Shown here one piece after another: positions 8,501 to 17,962 of a stretch of 33,021 nucleotides of DNA (the first letter of the stretch is position 1; each line of letters starts with the position of its first letter). The notes under the pieces were generated by a model. That model was given only the letters and a program-made list of their open reading frames with translations. It was not told where the DNA came from and did not search any database. The stretch spans positions 1 through 33,021 of the forward strand of contig JBOGXX010000161.1 in assembly GCA_050696475.1 (NCBI GenBank), given 5' to 3'. Made by a program: the position numbers and the translations under genes. The DNA comes from Solirubrobacteraceae bacterium (lineage in GTDB: Bacteria > Actinomycetota > Thermoleophilia > Solirubrobacterales > Solirubrobacteraceae).

Positions 8501-9579
8501 GTCGTCCGTGCGGTGAGCGTCTCGGTGCCGAGCTTGACGAGCTTGGGATCCAGCCTGTGCTGGAGCAGGAACAGGTCGAGGTCGCGGCGGACGCGATCGA
8601 GGGTGCTGGCTCCGATCAGCGCCCGTGACCCACAGACCTGTGCGGCCTGCGTGGAGATCAGCCGGGCGGCGTCGGCGAGAGCGATGCGACATTCGACAGC
8701 GAGTGTCGCCGCGTCGCGCACGAGTCGCAAATCCTGGGGCCGTCCGAGGCTGGCGGTGGTGTGCTCGAGCCAGCGATCGATCGTGCTCTGGGCGACGCGC
8801 ATCCGGCCGAGCGCGTGAGCCTGCACCGCGTCTATGAGGCTTGGGTCGAGTGCAACGATGGTAGCCGCCACGATCGCGTCGGCGAGCCCGGCCCAGGTCG
8901 CGGAGGTGCGGATACTGTCGCGGGAGAAGTAGGGCTCACGTGAGAGCTCGCCGGGGGCGCCGAGCAACGCGAGCACAGGCGTGTCATGGAACTCGACGCG
9001 GTGGCTCTCTGAGGCGCGCAGCCCGGAGGACTGATACCAGTTGCGGTCGATGCTGATCCGGCTGCTGGTGGTGTCGAGGTAGACCACGCGTCGAGCGCCG
9101 TCTCTGTCGGCGGCGAGGATGAGTGCACGCTGCACCCCCCCGGCACCGGAGCAGAAGGTCTTGACGCCACGCACGACCGGCTGGCCGTGCCGCTGGTCCA
9201 GGCAAGCGGGTGGTCCCTCGCCAGGGGCCGGGTCGGCGCCCCACACGCCGAGCAGCAGCTCACCTTGTCGTATCTGTGTGAGCTCGTTGGAGCGCAGCGG
9301 CTCGGGGGCGGCGAGCGTCAGGCGCTCGACACCGTTGAGGTGCCCGTCGAGGATACGTGCGGTCGACGCGTCAGCGGCTGCCACGGCACGCACGACCCGC
9401 ACCTCGCCAGCCAGCCCGTCTGGCGGGAGCGTGAGGAGACCTGCCGCGGCGAGGTCGGCAAAGTTCTCCACAGGGAACCGTGGCTCACGATCAAGCTCGC
9501 GCGCGCGTGTCGCGATGCGCGCGAGCGCATCCTCCAAGTGCTCTGCGGTCATCGGCGCCGGCAGCTGTTGAACGCTCAA
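8497..9579 (-). CDS. Acyl-CoA dehydrogenase-like flavoprotein
   Basis: ARILDGHLN, GVKTFCSGA, GLRASESHRVEF and RVRRDLDLFLLQH; TTG start overlapping the upstream stop (alternative ATG at 9552). Confidence 0.8.
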   Translation of the reverse strand: MSVQQLPAPMTAEHLEDALARIATRARELDREPRFPVENFADLAAAGLLTLPPDGLAGEVRVVRAVAAADASTARILDGHLNGVERLTLAAPEPLRSNELTQIRQGELLLGVWGADPAPGEGPPACLDQRHGQPVVRGVKTFCSGAGGVQRALILAADRDGARRVVYLDTTSSRISIDRNWYQSSGLRASESHRVEFHDTPVLALLGAPGELSREPYFSRDSIRTSATWAGLADAIVAATIVALDPSLIDAVQAHALGRMRVAQSTIDRWLEHTTASLGRPQDLRLVRDAATLAVECRIALADAARLISTQAAQVCGSRALIGASTLDRVRRDLDLFLLQHRLDPKLVKLGTETLTARTT

Positions 9580-10253
9580 GCCGGCACCCCAATCGCAGGC
9601 TGACTAATGGCTCGAGGAACGTCGCGGACCTGGTGGGGCACAGGCGCGAGAGCGAGACCGTGGGCGCGCGCAGCCGCCGCGAGCGCCGGCAACAACGCGA
9701 GAGTGTTCTCACAGCCTCTCCTTTGTGCCCCTGGTCCGAGCGCGTCGTGCATCAACACCGACCCGCCATCAGTCAAGCGGACATAGCATTGGGCGAGCAT
9801 CGCCCGGGACTCATCGCCGCGCCAATCGTGCGCGTCAATCGACCAGTGCACAAGGCGCAATCCGAACAGCTCGGCGACACGAGCGCTCGCCTCGGTACAG
9901 ACCCCCCACGGTGTCCGCCAGAGCTTTGGGCGGACACCGACGCAAGCGAGCGCCGCCAGGGCTGTCTCGGTGTCGAGATACAGCGCCGCTTTGGTGAGCT
10001 CGGTATGACGGACATGACGATGACAGTGAAGTTGAACGTCGTGCCCGGCGGCGCGCACCGCGTCGGCAAGATCAGGCTGGGCGAGCACCCGCTCGCCGAC
10101 CATGAAGAACGTCCCTGTCACTTCGCAGCGCGCAAGCGCGTCCAGCACGAGCGGCGTCCACGTCTCATCCGGGCCGTCGTCAAAGGTGAAGCTCAGCACG
10201 CGCGCCCGCCCGCGCGGTGGGGCCGCGCGAAGGATCGCCGGGGCGCTACTCAT
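9576..10253 (-). CDS. NodB-type (CE4) polysaccharide deacetylase
   Basis: CE4 motifs TFDDGP, HCHRH, RTPWG, DAHDW and VLMHD. Confidence 0.9.
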   Translation of the reverse strand: MSSAPAILRAAPPRGRARVLSFTFDDGPDETWTPLVLDALARCEVTGTFFMVGERVLAQPDLADAVRAAGHDVQLHCHRHVRHTELTKAALYLDTETALAALACVGVRPKLWRTPWGVCTEASARVAELFGLRLVHWSIDAHDWRGDESRAMLAQCYVRLTDGGSVLMHDALGPGAQRRGCENTLALLPALAAAARAHGLALAPVPHQVRDVPRAISQPAIGVPA

Positions 10254-10767
10254 CGGGGCGCTGCTCCTGGCCGTCTTGGTACTCGCGCAGGAACCCCTCG
10301 AACAAACGGCGATGGCCTTCCTCATCGTGCAGGATCGCGATCACCATGTCATTCGTCACCGGGTCTGACTCCTCGGTCGCCGCGACGATCTCGTTGTAGA
10401 AGTCGATCGCGCCGGTCTCGGCCTCGATCACACCCTCGATGACGTGCACCACGTCGGTCTGGTGCTCGGGCGGCTGCAGATAGGACTGTTCGCCTCGAAA
10501 GTCCAGCGAGCCCGGGACGACCCCATACAGCTCCTTGATGCGATTGGCGAACTGGGTTGCGTGCCCCAGCTCCTCCTGGATGTCTTGGCGCAGCGAGGAG
10601 CTGATCTCCTGGGCGCGCACACCGTCGGGGTTCACCGAATTGGCGATGTAGCTCATCACGGTCTCGATCTCCATCCAGTACGCCTTGATGAGCATCTCCA
10701 CAATCCGCTCACGCTCCTCGCCGGCGTCCTCAGCAAGTATCCCTGTGTTGCTTTGCGCTGTTGACAT
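10246..10767 (-). CDS. Ferritin-like di-iron protein (bacterioferritin/DPSL-like)
   Basis: E...EELGH...EAE...DEEGH di-iron ligand pattern; AAAGGAG RBS upstream of ATG. Confidence 0.85.
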   Translation of the reverse strand: MSTAQSNTGILAEDAGEERERIVEMLIKAYWMEIETVMSYIANSVNPDGVRAQEISSSLRQDIQEELGHATQFANRIKELYGVVPGSLDFRGEQSYLQPPEHQTDVVHVIEGVIEAETGAIDFYNEIVAATEESDPVTNDMVIAILHDEEGHRRLFEGFLREYQDGQEQRPDE

Positions 10768-10793
10768 GCGCTTCTCCTTTCCGGGCGGGGTAT

Positions 10794-10834
10794 ATACCCG
10801 CTATCGGGCTACCCCATCGGTGGCCTTGGCAACC
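10794..10834 (-). promoter_or_regulatory. Putative SigB/SigF-type promoter(s) of the ferritin-gpgS operon
   Basis: Minus strand GGTTG-N15-GGGTAG (10834-10809) plus a second GGGTAT (10799-10794), which lies inside the palindrome GGGTATATACCC at 10788-10799. Confidence 0.5.
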
Positions 10835-10907
10835 GGGCCCGGTTCGCCCAGCGCGACCGGCTGGTATTCGCAGCCATTTGCGTGGAATCACGCCGACCAG
10901 GATGCTC

Positions 10908-11573
10908 TCAGGCCGGATCCTCGCGCAGGATTGTGTGGTCGAGGGCGCCACGCAACTCAGCAACCGATTCGTAGACCTCTGCGGCGCCGGCTTGGCAGAG
11001 CTCGGCTTTTGAGAATCCGCCCGTCATCATTGCGATTGTCTTCACGCCGGCGCGCTCGGCTGCTTGGATGTCCCAGGGCGAGTCGCCGATCATCACAGCC
11101 TGCTCCGCTGGTGCGCCGGCGCGCTCGAGCGCTGCGCGAACGAGATCGGGCTGAGGCTTGGTCGCCTGGACGTCCCCCGCACTGGTCCAGTCGTCGGCGA
11201 GCCGGCGTGCATCGAGAAGGTCGAGGTAGTGCTCGATCTCTTCTGGCTTGGCGGAGCTGGCCAGGATGACCGTGTGACCGCTCTCGTGCAGGTCTTTGAG
11301 CAGCTCGCCGGCGTCCTTCATCGCCTCAACTTCGTCGATCATCTCGCCGTAGTATTTGCTCTCGCGCGAGCGGATCTGATCGCCGAAACGAGCCTCGACA
11401 TCCCGGTCGGTGAGTGACTCGACGAGCTGGTCGCCGCCCATGCCGATGTGGCGGTGAATGCGCCAGACCGGGAGCACGATGCCGTGCTCGCGGAAGGCGT
11501 GATACCACGCGAGCGCGTGCTGGTAGTTGGTGTCGACCAGAGTCCCGTCGATGTCGAGGATCACCACGGTCAT
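10908..11573 (-). CDS. HAD-family phosphatase/hydrolase
   Basis: DIDGTLVD motif I, ASS motif II, KPQPD and GDSPWD. Confidence 0.9.
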   Translation of the reverse strand: MTVVILDIDGTLVDTNYQHALAWYHAFREHGIVLPVWRIHRHIGMGGDQLVESLTDRDVEARFGDQIRSRESKYYGEMIDEVEAMKDAGELLKDLHESGHTVILASSAKPEEIEHYLDLLDARRLADDWTSAGDVQATKPQPDLVRAALERAGAPAEQAVMIGDSPWDIQAAERAGVKTIAMMTGGFSKAELCQAGAAEVYESVAELRGALDHTILREDPA

Positions 11574-11578
11574 GGCGT

Positions 11579-12973
11579 TCAGTGGGCGCGCGCGGTCTTG
11601 CCGCTGTGCTGCTGTTGGTCTGCTCCGAGGTCGCTTGCGATCTGCTCCAGGGAGCGGCCCTTGGTCTCGGGCACTCTGGCGAGGAAGAAGATGAGGGCGA
11701 GCACGCCGAAGCCCGCGTAGAGCCAGAAGGTGCCCTCGCGGCTGATCTCATCGACGAGGGTGAGAAAGAACGAGGAGACGAGGAAGTTGGAGGTCCAGTT
11801 GCCGACGGTCGAAAGGCTCATTGCGGAGCTGCGGACCTTCAGCGGGAATATCTCGGAGATCATCAGCCAGAACACTGGGCCGAGGCCGACGGCGAACGAG
11901 GCGATGTAGACGATCAGGCAAACGAGCGCCAGCCAGGAGTCGCTGTGTTGCAGGCTGCTGGAGGCGAAGAACACGCCGAGCATCGCGAGCGATAGGACAC
12001 ACCCGGTTGTGCCGACGATCAAAAGCAGTCGGCGTCCTATGCGGTCGAGCAGGACGATCGCGACGATCGTGAAGATCACGTTGGTGATCCCGACCGACAG
12101 CGCCTGGGTGATCGCCGAGTTCGTGGAGAGGCCGGTGAACTTGAGGATTGTGGGCGCATAGTAGATGACGGTGTTCACGCCGATGAACTGCTGCGCGATG
12201 GCGAGTGCGAGACCGACAGCGACGAGCGGTCTGACCTGGGGACGCCATACCGTGCGGAAGCCTCCAGCTTCTTTGGCGGCCCGTTTGATCTCCTGCAGCT
12301 CGTCGTCGGCCTCCTCGTCGCCGGCGCGGGCACGGCGCAGTACGTCGCGCGCTTCCTGATCGCGGCCCTGCTGGACAAGCCAGCGTGGCGAGAACGGCTG
12401 AAAGTACATGCCGATCGCCAGCGCGAGTCCTGGGATGGCGCCGAGACCGAGCATCCACCGCCAGTTTTCGGCGGTGTCCTTGAGCGCCCAGTTGACGAGA
12501 TAGGCGGCCATGATGCCGCTGACGATCATCAACTGGTTGAACGAGGTTACACCGCCACGAATGCGCTTCGGCGCAAGCTCTGAGATATACATGGGGGCGA
12601 CGAACGAAGCGGTCCCGACCGATACGCCGAGGACGAAGCGGGCGGCGATCAGCTCTGGTGCTGTCTGTGAGAATCCGGACCCGAGGGCACCGATCACGTA
12701 GATGCAGCCGGAGACGATCTTCGTTCTGCGCCTGGAGAGTGCGTCGGCGGAGAACCCGGAGAGGATCGCCCCGAGGACCGCGCCGATCAACAGCGAGCCG
12801 ACGTATGCCTGTTCGTTGAATTCGTCGCCGCCGAGATCCTTGCCGATGAACGGCAGTGCACCGGAGATGACGCCGGTGTCGTAGCCGAACAGGAAGCCGC
12901 CGAGCGCGGCGACGAGTGCCAGGCGGAGCACGAAGCGGTTGCGTCCGCTAAATGCCTCTTTTAGGAAGTCCAT
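11579..12973 (-). CDS. Sugar porter family MFS transporter
   Basis: GGFLFGYDTGVISGA, PMYISELAP, SPRWL, QQFIGVNTVIYYAP, SEIFP and PETKGRSLE. Confidence 0.95.
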   Translation of the reverse strand: MDFLKEAFSGRNRFVLRLALVAALGGFLFGYDTGVISGALPFIGKDLGGDEFNEQAYVGSLLIGAVLGAILSGFSADALSRRRTKIVSGCIYVIGALGSGFSQTAPELIAARFVLGVSVGTASFVAPMYISELAPKRIRGGVTSFNQLMIVSGIMAAYLVNWALKDTAENWRWMLGLGAIPGLALAIGMYFQPFSPRWLVQQGRDQEARDVLRRARAGDEEADDELQEIKRAAKEAGGFRTVWRPQVRPLVAVGLALAIAQQFIGVNTVIYYAPTILKFTGLSTNSAITQALSVGITNVIFTIVAIVLLDRIGRRLLLIVGTTGCVLSLAMLGVFFASSSLQHSDSWLALVCLIVYIASFAVGLGPVFWLMISEIFPLKVRSSAMSLSTVGNWTSNFLVSSFFLTLVDEISREGTFWLYAGFGVLALIFFLARVPETKGRSLEQIASDLGADQQQHSGKTARAH

Positions 12974-13005
12974 TGCGCCGCCTGCCCGCTCATGCTGCGA
13001 GTTGC

Positions 13006-13031
13006 ATACCCGTAGCCGTCTGCTGCGAACC
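13006..13031 (-). promoter_or_regulatory. Putative SigB/SigF-type promoter of sugar porter and HAD
   Basis: Minus strand GGTTC-N15-GGGTAT, about 33 nt upstream of ATG 12973. Confidence 0.6.
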
Positions 13032-13259
13032 GCGGCCTCCCTGCGGTGTGGGTGCGGTTGGCGGATTGGACAGCCAGCTAGATGTGCGATCTGTCTCGCC
13101 GCGAGTTTTCGTGGCGAAGCGGGACTCGGCCGGTGCTCGTGACCGCGTGGCGGTCGCGGGCCCAGAGCGCCATCGTCGAGCGCACCTCAGAGCAGGTGCG
13201 GGGCGCTCGAGCGCGCTCGCAACGCTGACTATCCTGCACTCAGCGACGAGCTTATCGGC

Positions 13260-14939
13260 TCAAGCTCTACTGTTGAACGGGCTCCTACGGCGGGTTGGTG
13301 ATTCATGCGCGGCGCGAGACAGCAGCGTCGATGCGCGCTCTGACGCGATCGCAGTTGCGGCGTCGCGGCGGTAGCCGCGTCTTGCGTTCAGCAAGATCAC
13401 GCCGCTGATCGCGAGCGGCACGAGCATGATCAGGAAAGTGTCGCGCAGCCCACCTACCTGGGCATGCTGGCCGAGGCTCGTGCTCTGGCTCGAGTGGTTG
13501 GCAGGCGTGGTGAGCTGGTCTGAGATGAACCCGAACAGCAGCGGCGCGACAGCCTGTGCGGTGGCTCTGAGAACGGTGCGGACGCCCTCGGCGCGACCCC
13601 ACAGGCCCGAGGGCATCACGTCTAGACGCGCGGCGTCGAGTGGTGGGTTCGGCGCGGACAGCGCTGCCGTCGCGAGCAGCAAGAATGGAACCCCGATCGT
13701 CAGCGAGCGGCTCAACAGCGGCGGTAGGAACAGGATCGAGGCGAGGATCAGCCCGCCCGCGGCGACGAGCAGGCGTCCGGAAATGTGCCCGTGGTTGACC
13801 AGCCCGTCCGCCAGATGCCCAGCAAAGAGGACGCCGGCGATCGCGCCGACGGCGAGCATCCCGAGTAGCGAGGTCGCGATTGTCTGGTTGACGGAGTACT
13901 GGTGGCTGACAAAGATCACGGCGAACGTTCGTACCCCCGATTCGAAGAAGTAGCCGAGCGCGGAGGCGACTATCAGCGCTAGGTTCGTGCGTACCCGCAG
14001 CACATATCGCACTGCCTGCCACAGACTCATCCGTGAAGGGTCTTCCTTCAGCACGAGTTCGGGACGCGCCGAGACGCGCTGCTGTTTGATCGCACGCGCC
14101 AGCGCCCGCGGGGACGGCTGTGTCGCGCGGGTGCCGTCAAGCGTTTCCGGTGAACCGTTGGCCCCGGCGTCGAGTATCTCCTCGGCGCCGGGCTGGAGCG
14201 GGCTCTGGCCTCCTCGGGCAGGCTCGGGCAGCCACGTGTAGATAGCCCACGCCAGCACCGCGCTCGGGATAGCCAGCACCCAGAAAGCGAAGCGCCACGA
14301 CAAGAGGCCGGCGGCGTTGCCGCTGACGAACAGTCCAATGACTGAGCCGAGCAGCTCGCCGGTGAGGATGAAGCTGTAGATCCGTCCTCGCTCGTGAGAG
14401 GGAAAGAAGTCCCCTGTCAGCGACGCGATCGTCGGTCCGGACGTGGCGGTCACTGCGCCGAGCGCGACGCTTGCGATCAGCAGCATCTGGAAGGAGCTGG
14501 CAGCGCCGCTCGCGAACATCGCGCCGCTCCACAGGATCAGGCTTCCCGCGAGCAGCGCGGTTCGACGCACCCGGTCGGTCAACGCGCCGACCGGCAGCGT
14601 CGCCGCGGCACCGGTGAGCGCGGGCAGCGAGACGAGCAGCCCCAGTTCAGTGAAGTCGATGTGCAGCGCCTGCTTCAGGGGACCGGCGGCCGCACCGACG
14701 GCGGAGGCGTCGGCGCTGTTGAGCGCCAGCACACACGCAAGCAGCCCCACCACCCTGGCCCGTGCGGGACCACCGACCTCTCGGGTGATTCGCCTCTTCG
14801 CTGAACCCAGCGCCAAGCGAAACGGCCGGCCCAGCCTTGCCCGCACCGCCAGCGGTGGCCGGGCGACGGACGCCGAGCGCAAGTCGGTCTGCTTCAGCGT
14901 TTGCCGAGCATCCCACGCTCGCCGCCGGCGCGTTGACAA
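13260..14939 (-). CDS. MFS transporter (start uncertain)
   Basis: About 12 hydrophobic segments; GALTDRVRR motif A, DFFPSHERGR, SWRFAF and EPARG. The N-terminal ~50 aa are doubtful. Confidence 0.85.
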   Translation of the reverse strand: MSTRRRRAWDARQTLKQTDLRSASVARPPLAVRARLGRPFRLALGSAKRRITREVGGPARARVVGLLACVLALNSADASAVGAAAGPLKQALHIDFTELGLLVSLPALTGAAATLPVGALTDRVRRTALLAGSLILWSGAMFASGAASSFQMLLIASVALGAVTATSGPTIASLTGDFFPSHERGRIYSFILTGELLGSVIGLFVSGNAAGLLSWRFAFWVLAIPSAVLAWAIYTWLPEPARGGQSPLQPGAEEILDAGANGSPETLDGTRATQPSPRALARAIKQQRVSARPELVLKEDPSRMSLWQAVRYVLRVRTNLALIVASALGYFFESGVRTFAVIFVSHQYSVNQTIATSLLGMLAVGAIAGVLFAGHLADGLVNHGHISGRLLVAAGGLILASILFLPPLLSRSLTIGVPFLLLATAALSAPNPPLDAARLDVMPSGLWGRAEGVRTVLRATAQAVAPLLFGFISDQLTTPANHSSQSTSLGQHAQVGGLRDTFLIMLVPLAISGVILLNARRGYRRDAATAIASERASTLLSRAAHESPTRRRSPFNSRA

Positions 14940-15124
14940 GGTGCCGGCGGCGACGATTGGTGGCGAAGTGCGGCAGCTCGCGCTCCGTTGCCACGCCCGC
15001 TGCTCGCTTGGCGAGCTCGGCCGTGGGTGGGAAGGAGGCGAGCGCGTTGACGAGCCTCGGCACGAGTGACGCCGAGCTTGCCCAAGAGACGATCAAGCAT
15101 CGGATCAGCAGCGGTATCCGACAC
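14894..15124 (-). CDS. Small hypothetical protein (76 aa)
   Basis: Perfect AAGGAGG RBS 8 nt before GTG 15124 and a stress-promoter-like motif upstream; no recognisable domain. Confidence 0.4.
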   Translation of the reverse strand: MSDTAADPMLDRLLGKLGVTRAEARQRARLLPTHGRARQASSGRGNGARAAALRHQSSPPAPCQRAGGERGMLGKR

Positions 15125-15183
15125 GAGAACAACCTCCTTGAATGGACGACGGCAACAACGATGAATCCGAGATCGCCCCTCGG

Positions 15184-15210
15184 CTACCCGCCGATCAGAA
15201 ACCCCGAACC
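15184..15210 (-). promoter_or_regulatory. Putative SigB/SigF-type promoter
   Basis: Minus strand GGTTC-N16-GGGTAG upstream of the small ORF and MFS gene. Confidence 0.5.
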
Positions 15211-15496
15211 TCGCCGCCCCGAGGATGTCCGCGTACTGACGCCGACCAAACGCGGTCCAGTTCCCCTAGATCGGTGCGAGACTGACACGATGATCAGCCC
15301 GATGGCGGTCGCGGGGCTCGTGAATCTCGGTGCCACGACCAAGAGCTAGCTGAGACCGAGGTGCCGGAGACCGCGACGGCGGGTGGGCAGGCCCAGCATC
15401 AGCAGCAGCCGGCGCTCTGCAGTGCTGAGCTCACGTGGCTTGTAAATCCCCTCGGGCGAACATGGGGCGCGCTCCTCGCCTCAGGGGTCCAGCCGC

Positions 15497-16891
15497 TCAG
15501 ATCACGGGTTCTCGGCGCTCACGCAGGGCTGCCTCCTCGCGGTCCCCGGCCTGCTCTGCGCTCTCGCGCTCGATCTCGATCGCGTCTGAGCGCTGAAGCT
15601 CGCGGCAGAGCCTGCGAACAAGCACGAACAGGATCACTGGTACCACCCAGATCGCGACCCGGAAGACCGTGAGCAGCGTTTCGTAGCTGACGCCGAACAG
15701 CACATACAGCCGGTCGGCTGCGCCGAAGATGAAGATCAGGAAGATCCAGCTCAGGAACGCCACGCCGAAGGCGGTGCGGGTCGGCGCCTCCCGGGGACGG
15801 TCGAGGAGATTGTGCACGGCGTGGTCCCGTGTGAGTCGCCGCTCGACCCAGGGGAAGGAGGCGAGCACCGCGACCACTACGAGCGGGAACGCCACGCCGC
15901 CCCAGAACGGGTTTGGGATCACGGTGTAGTGGCCGATCACGACGTCGAAGCTGGGCATCAGTCGCAGCGCGCCGATCAGCCAGCCCAGATACCAGTCGGG
16001 CTGTGCGCCGTTGGTGGCAAGCCACGGCTCGAAGGGCCCCCATTGCCAGATCGGGTTGATCTGCACGAGCCCGCCGAGCAAGAACAGGACGGCGAACACC
16101 ATGAACATCAGCGCCAGCGACCTGGGTGCCTGCGCGGGGAACGTCGGGACCCCCACGATCCGCTTCTCGGTATGTCGCTTGTCGCGGCGGAACTGGGTGT
16201 GGTGGCGGGCCATCACTAGCGCGAGGTGCGCGCCGATCAGCACGGCGAGCAGGGCGGGGAAGATAAACACGTGGGCGATGTACATGCGCGACTCGAACGT
16301 GCCGTTGCCGGGGAACGCCGCGCCGAAGATCAGCACGCCGAGTGGGCCTCCGATCAGCGGGAGCGAGAGCAGCACCCCGTAGCCGATCGCCAGGCCGATC
16401 CCGGAGAGCAGGTCGTCGACCAGCGAGTAGCCGAGATAACCCTCCAGCAGCGATGTGAACAGCAGTGCCAGGCCGATCAGCCACGTCAGTTCGCGTGGTT
16501 TGCGGTAGGCGCCGGTGAAGAACACGCGCATTAGGTGCAGCACGATCGAGGCCATGAACACGTCCGCGGCCCAGTGGTGTGTCTGGCGGATCAACAGGCC
16601 GGCCTTGTAGGTGAGCGAGATTTCAACCACGGACCTGTACGCCTCGCTCATCTCGCGGCCCCGCAGCGGCGCGTAGGGCCCGTGGTAGACCGTTTTGGCG
16701 AGGCTCGGCTCGAAGAACAGCGCGAGATAGGTGCCGGTGAGGATCAGCACGATGAACGCGTACAGCGCGATCTCCCCGAGCAGAAACGACCAGTGGTCGG
16801 GGAACAGGTAGCGCAGTGTTTTTTTCAACAAGGGCGCGGCGGCGGTGCGTTCGTCGACGAAGCGGACCGGGTCCTCGATCGAGCGGCTCAC
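15497..16891 (-). CDS. qcrB: Cytochrome bc complex cytochrome b subunit
   Basis: FPDHWSFLLGEIALY, RQTHHWAA, LHLMRVFFTGAYRKPRE and QPDWY; GTG 16891 overlaps the qcrA stop. Confidence 0.95.
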   Translation of the reverse strand: MSRSIEDPVRFVDERTAAAPLLKKTLRYLFPDHWSFLLGEIALYAFIVLILTGTYLALFFEPSLAKTVYHGPYAPLRGREMSEAYRSVVEISLTYKAGLLIRQTHHWAADVFMASIVLHLMRVFFTGAYRKPRELTWLIGLALLFTSLLEGYLGYSLVDDLLSGIGLAIGYGVLLSLPLIGGPLGVLIFGAAFPGNGTFESRMYIAHVFIFPALLAVLIGAHLALVMARHHTQFRRDKRHTEKRIVGVPTFPAQAPRSLALMFMVFAVLFLLGGLVQINPIWQWGPFEPWLATNGAQPDWYLGWLIGALRLMPSFDVVIGHYTVIPNPFWGGVAFPLVVVAVLASFPWVERRLTRDHAVHNLLDRPREAPTRTAFGVAFLSWIFLIFIFGAADRLYVLFGVSYETLLTVFRVAIWVVPVILFVLVRRLCRELQRSDAIEIERESAEQAGDREEAALRERREPVI

Positions 16892-17919
16892 GATGGTCTC
16901 TCCCTGACTGCCCACCATCCCGGTCCGACGCGGCCGGAGAAGTTCCCGGCTGCGGCGAGGTGGCCGTCCTGGTCGATCATCAACGGCAGCTGCGGCAGTG
17001 GGCGCCCGGCCGGCCCGAATATCACGCTCGCCCCGGTAGCGGGGTTGAATGTGGAGTAGTGACAGGGGCACACGAGCGCGGGCCTTGGCTCGGTGGGTGG
17101 GAAGCGAGGCTTGCGATAGAGCTCGATCGCGCAGCCGGCGTGGGTGCAGATTCTGGAGTAGGCGAGGATCCCGTAAGGCGCCCAGGTTTCCCGGCCGGCA
17201 GGGAGCTCCAGTTCATCTGGGTGCAGACGCACCACGACGAGCAGGGACGCTATGTTCTCGCGATTGGCGCCCTCGGCGAAGGCGGCGTAAAACGTTTCTT
17301 CTTCGACGGCAGAGGCCAGCATCGGGTTGCCGTTCTGATCGATCAGACGCCGCCCGCGATACCAGGGGCTGTCCGCCAGCGCCGCGGTGTCCCACAGCGG
17401 CCCGAGTGACAGGACGGGTGTGAGACCTGCGAGGCCCAACGTGCCTGCGGCTGCAGAGCCGGCTCCGATGAGCAGCCCTCGACGCGAGATCCGGCTCCCG
17501 CTCTCGCGCACGAGTTGTGCGATCTCGTGCTGCTCGTCAGGATGCTCTTGCGGGTAGTCGTCTTCGATTTCCTCGGTGACGATCAGGCCTCTTGCGAATA
17601 CCGCGAGCGCCGCGGCGATCGAACCTAGCGCTCCGGCGATGCAGACCCCGAGCAGCTGGTTGGGCATCTTTGCGGGACTGAACTCGGCGTAGGTGAGGAT
17701 GAACGCGACCGCGAACAAAGCCGCCAGGAGCAGCAGCGCGATGACGAGGTACTCAGCGCGGCGGTTCGGTGCTCCCTCGGGCACGATCCGCCCCTCCCGC
17801 GGTGCCTCTGAGACGTGCTCCGCTGTGCTACTGGTGGTTGCAGGGTGCTCGGGGCTCTTTCGCCGGCGGCGTCTGACGGCGAGTGCGGCGAGGGCGATCA
17901 ACCATTGTTTGAGCTTCAT
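16888..17919 (-). CDS. qcrA: Rieske iron-sulfur subunit
   Basis: CTHAGC and CPCHYSTF boxes, GPAGRPLPQLP, and an internal SRRGLL Tat-like motif before the last TM helix. Confidence 0.95.
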   Translation of the reverse strand: MKLKQWLIALAALAVRRRRRKSPEHPATTSSTAEHVSEAPREGRIVPEGAPNRRAEYLVIALLLLAALFAVAFILTYAEFSPAKMPNQLLGVCIAGALGSIAAALAVFARGLIVTEEIEDDYPQEHPDEQHEIAQLVRESGSRISRRGLLIGAGSAAAGTLGLAGLTPVLSLGPLWDTAALADSPWYRGRRLIDQNGNPMLASAVEEETFYAAFAEGANRENIASLLVVVRLHPDELELPAGRETWAPYGILAYSRICTHAGCAIELYRKPRFPPTEPRPALVCPCHYSTFNPATGASVIFGPAGRPLPQLPLMIDQDGHLAAAGNFSGRVGPGWWAVRERPS

Positions 17920-17962
17920 GGGCGCTGAGTGCTCACACGCGCAGAGATGGGCTGGACGATCC

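Noticed and set aside
7928..10253. Nod-factor biosynthesis (nodB and nodS)
   Set aside because: No NodA acyltransferase or processive membrane NodC; the GT2 is a short soluble domain, so only the chemistry is analogous.
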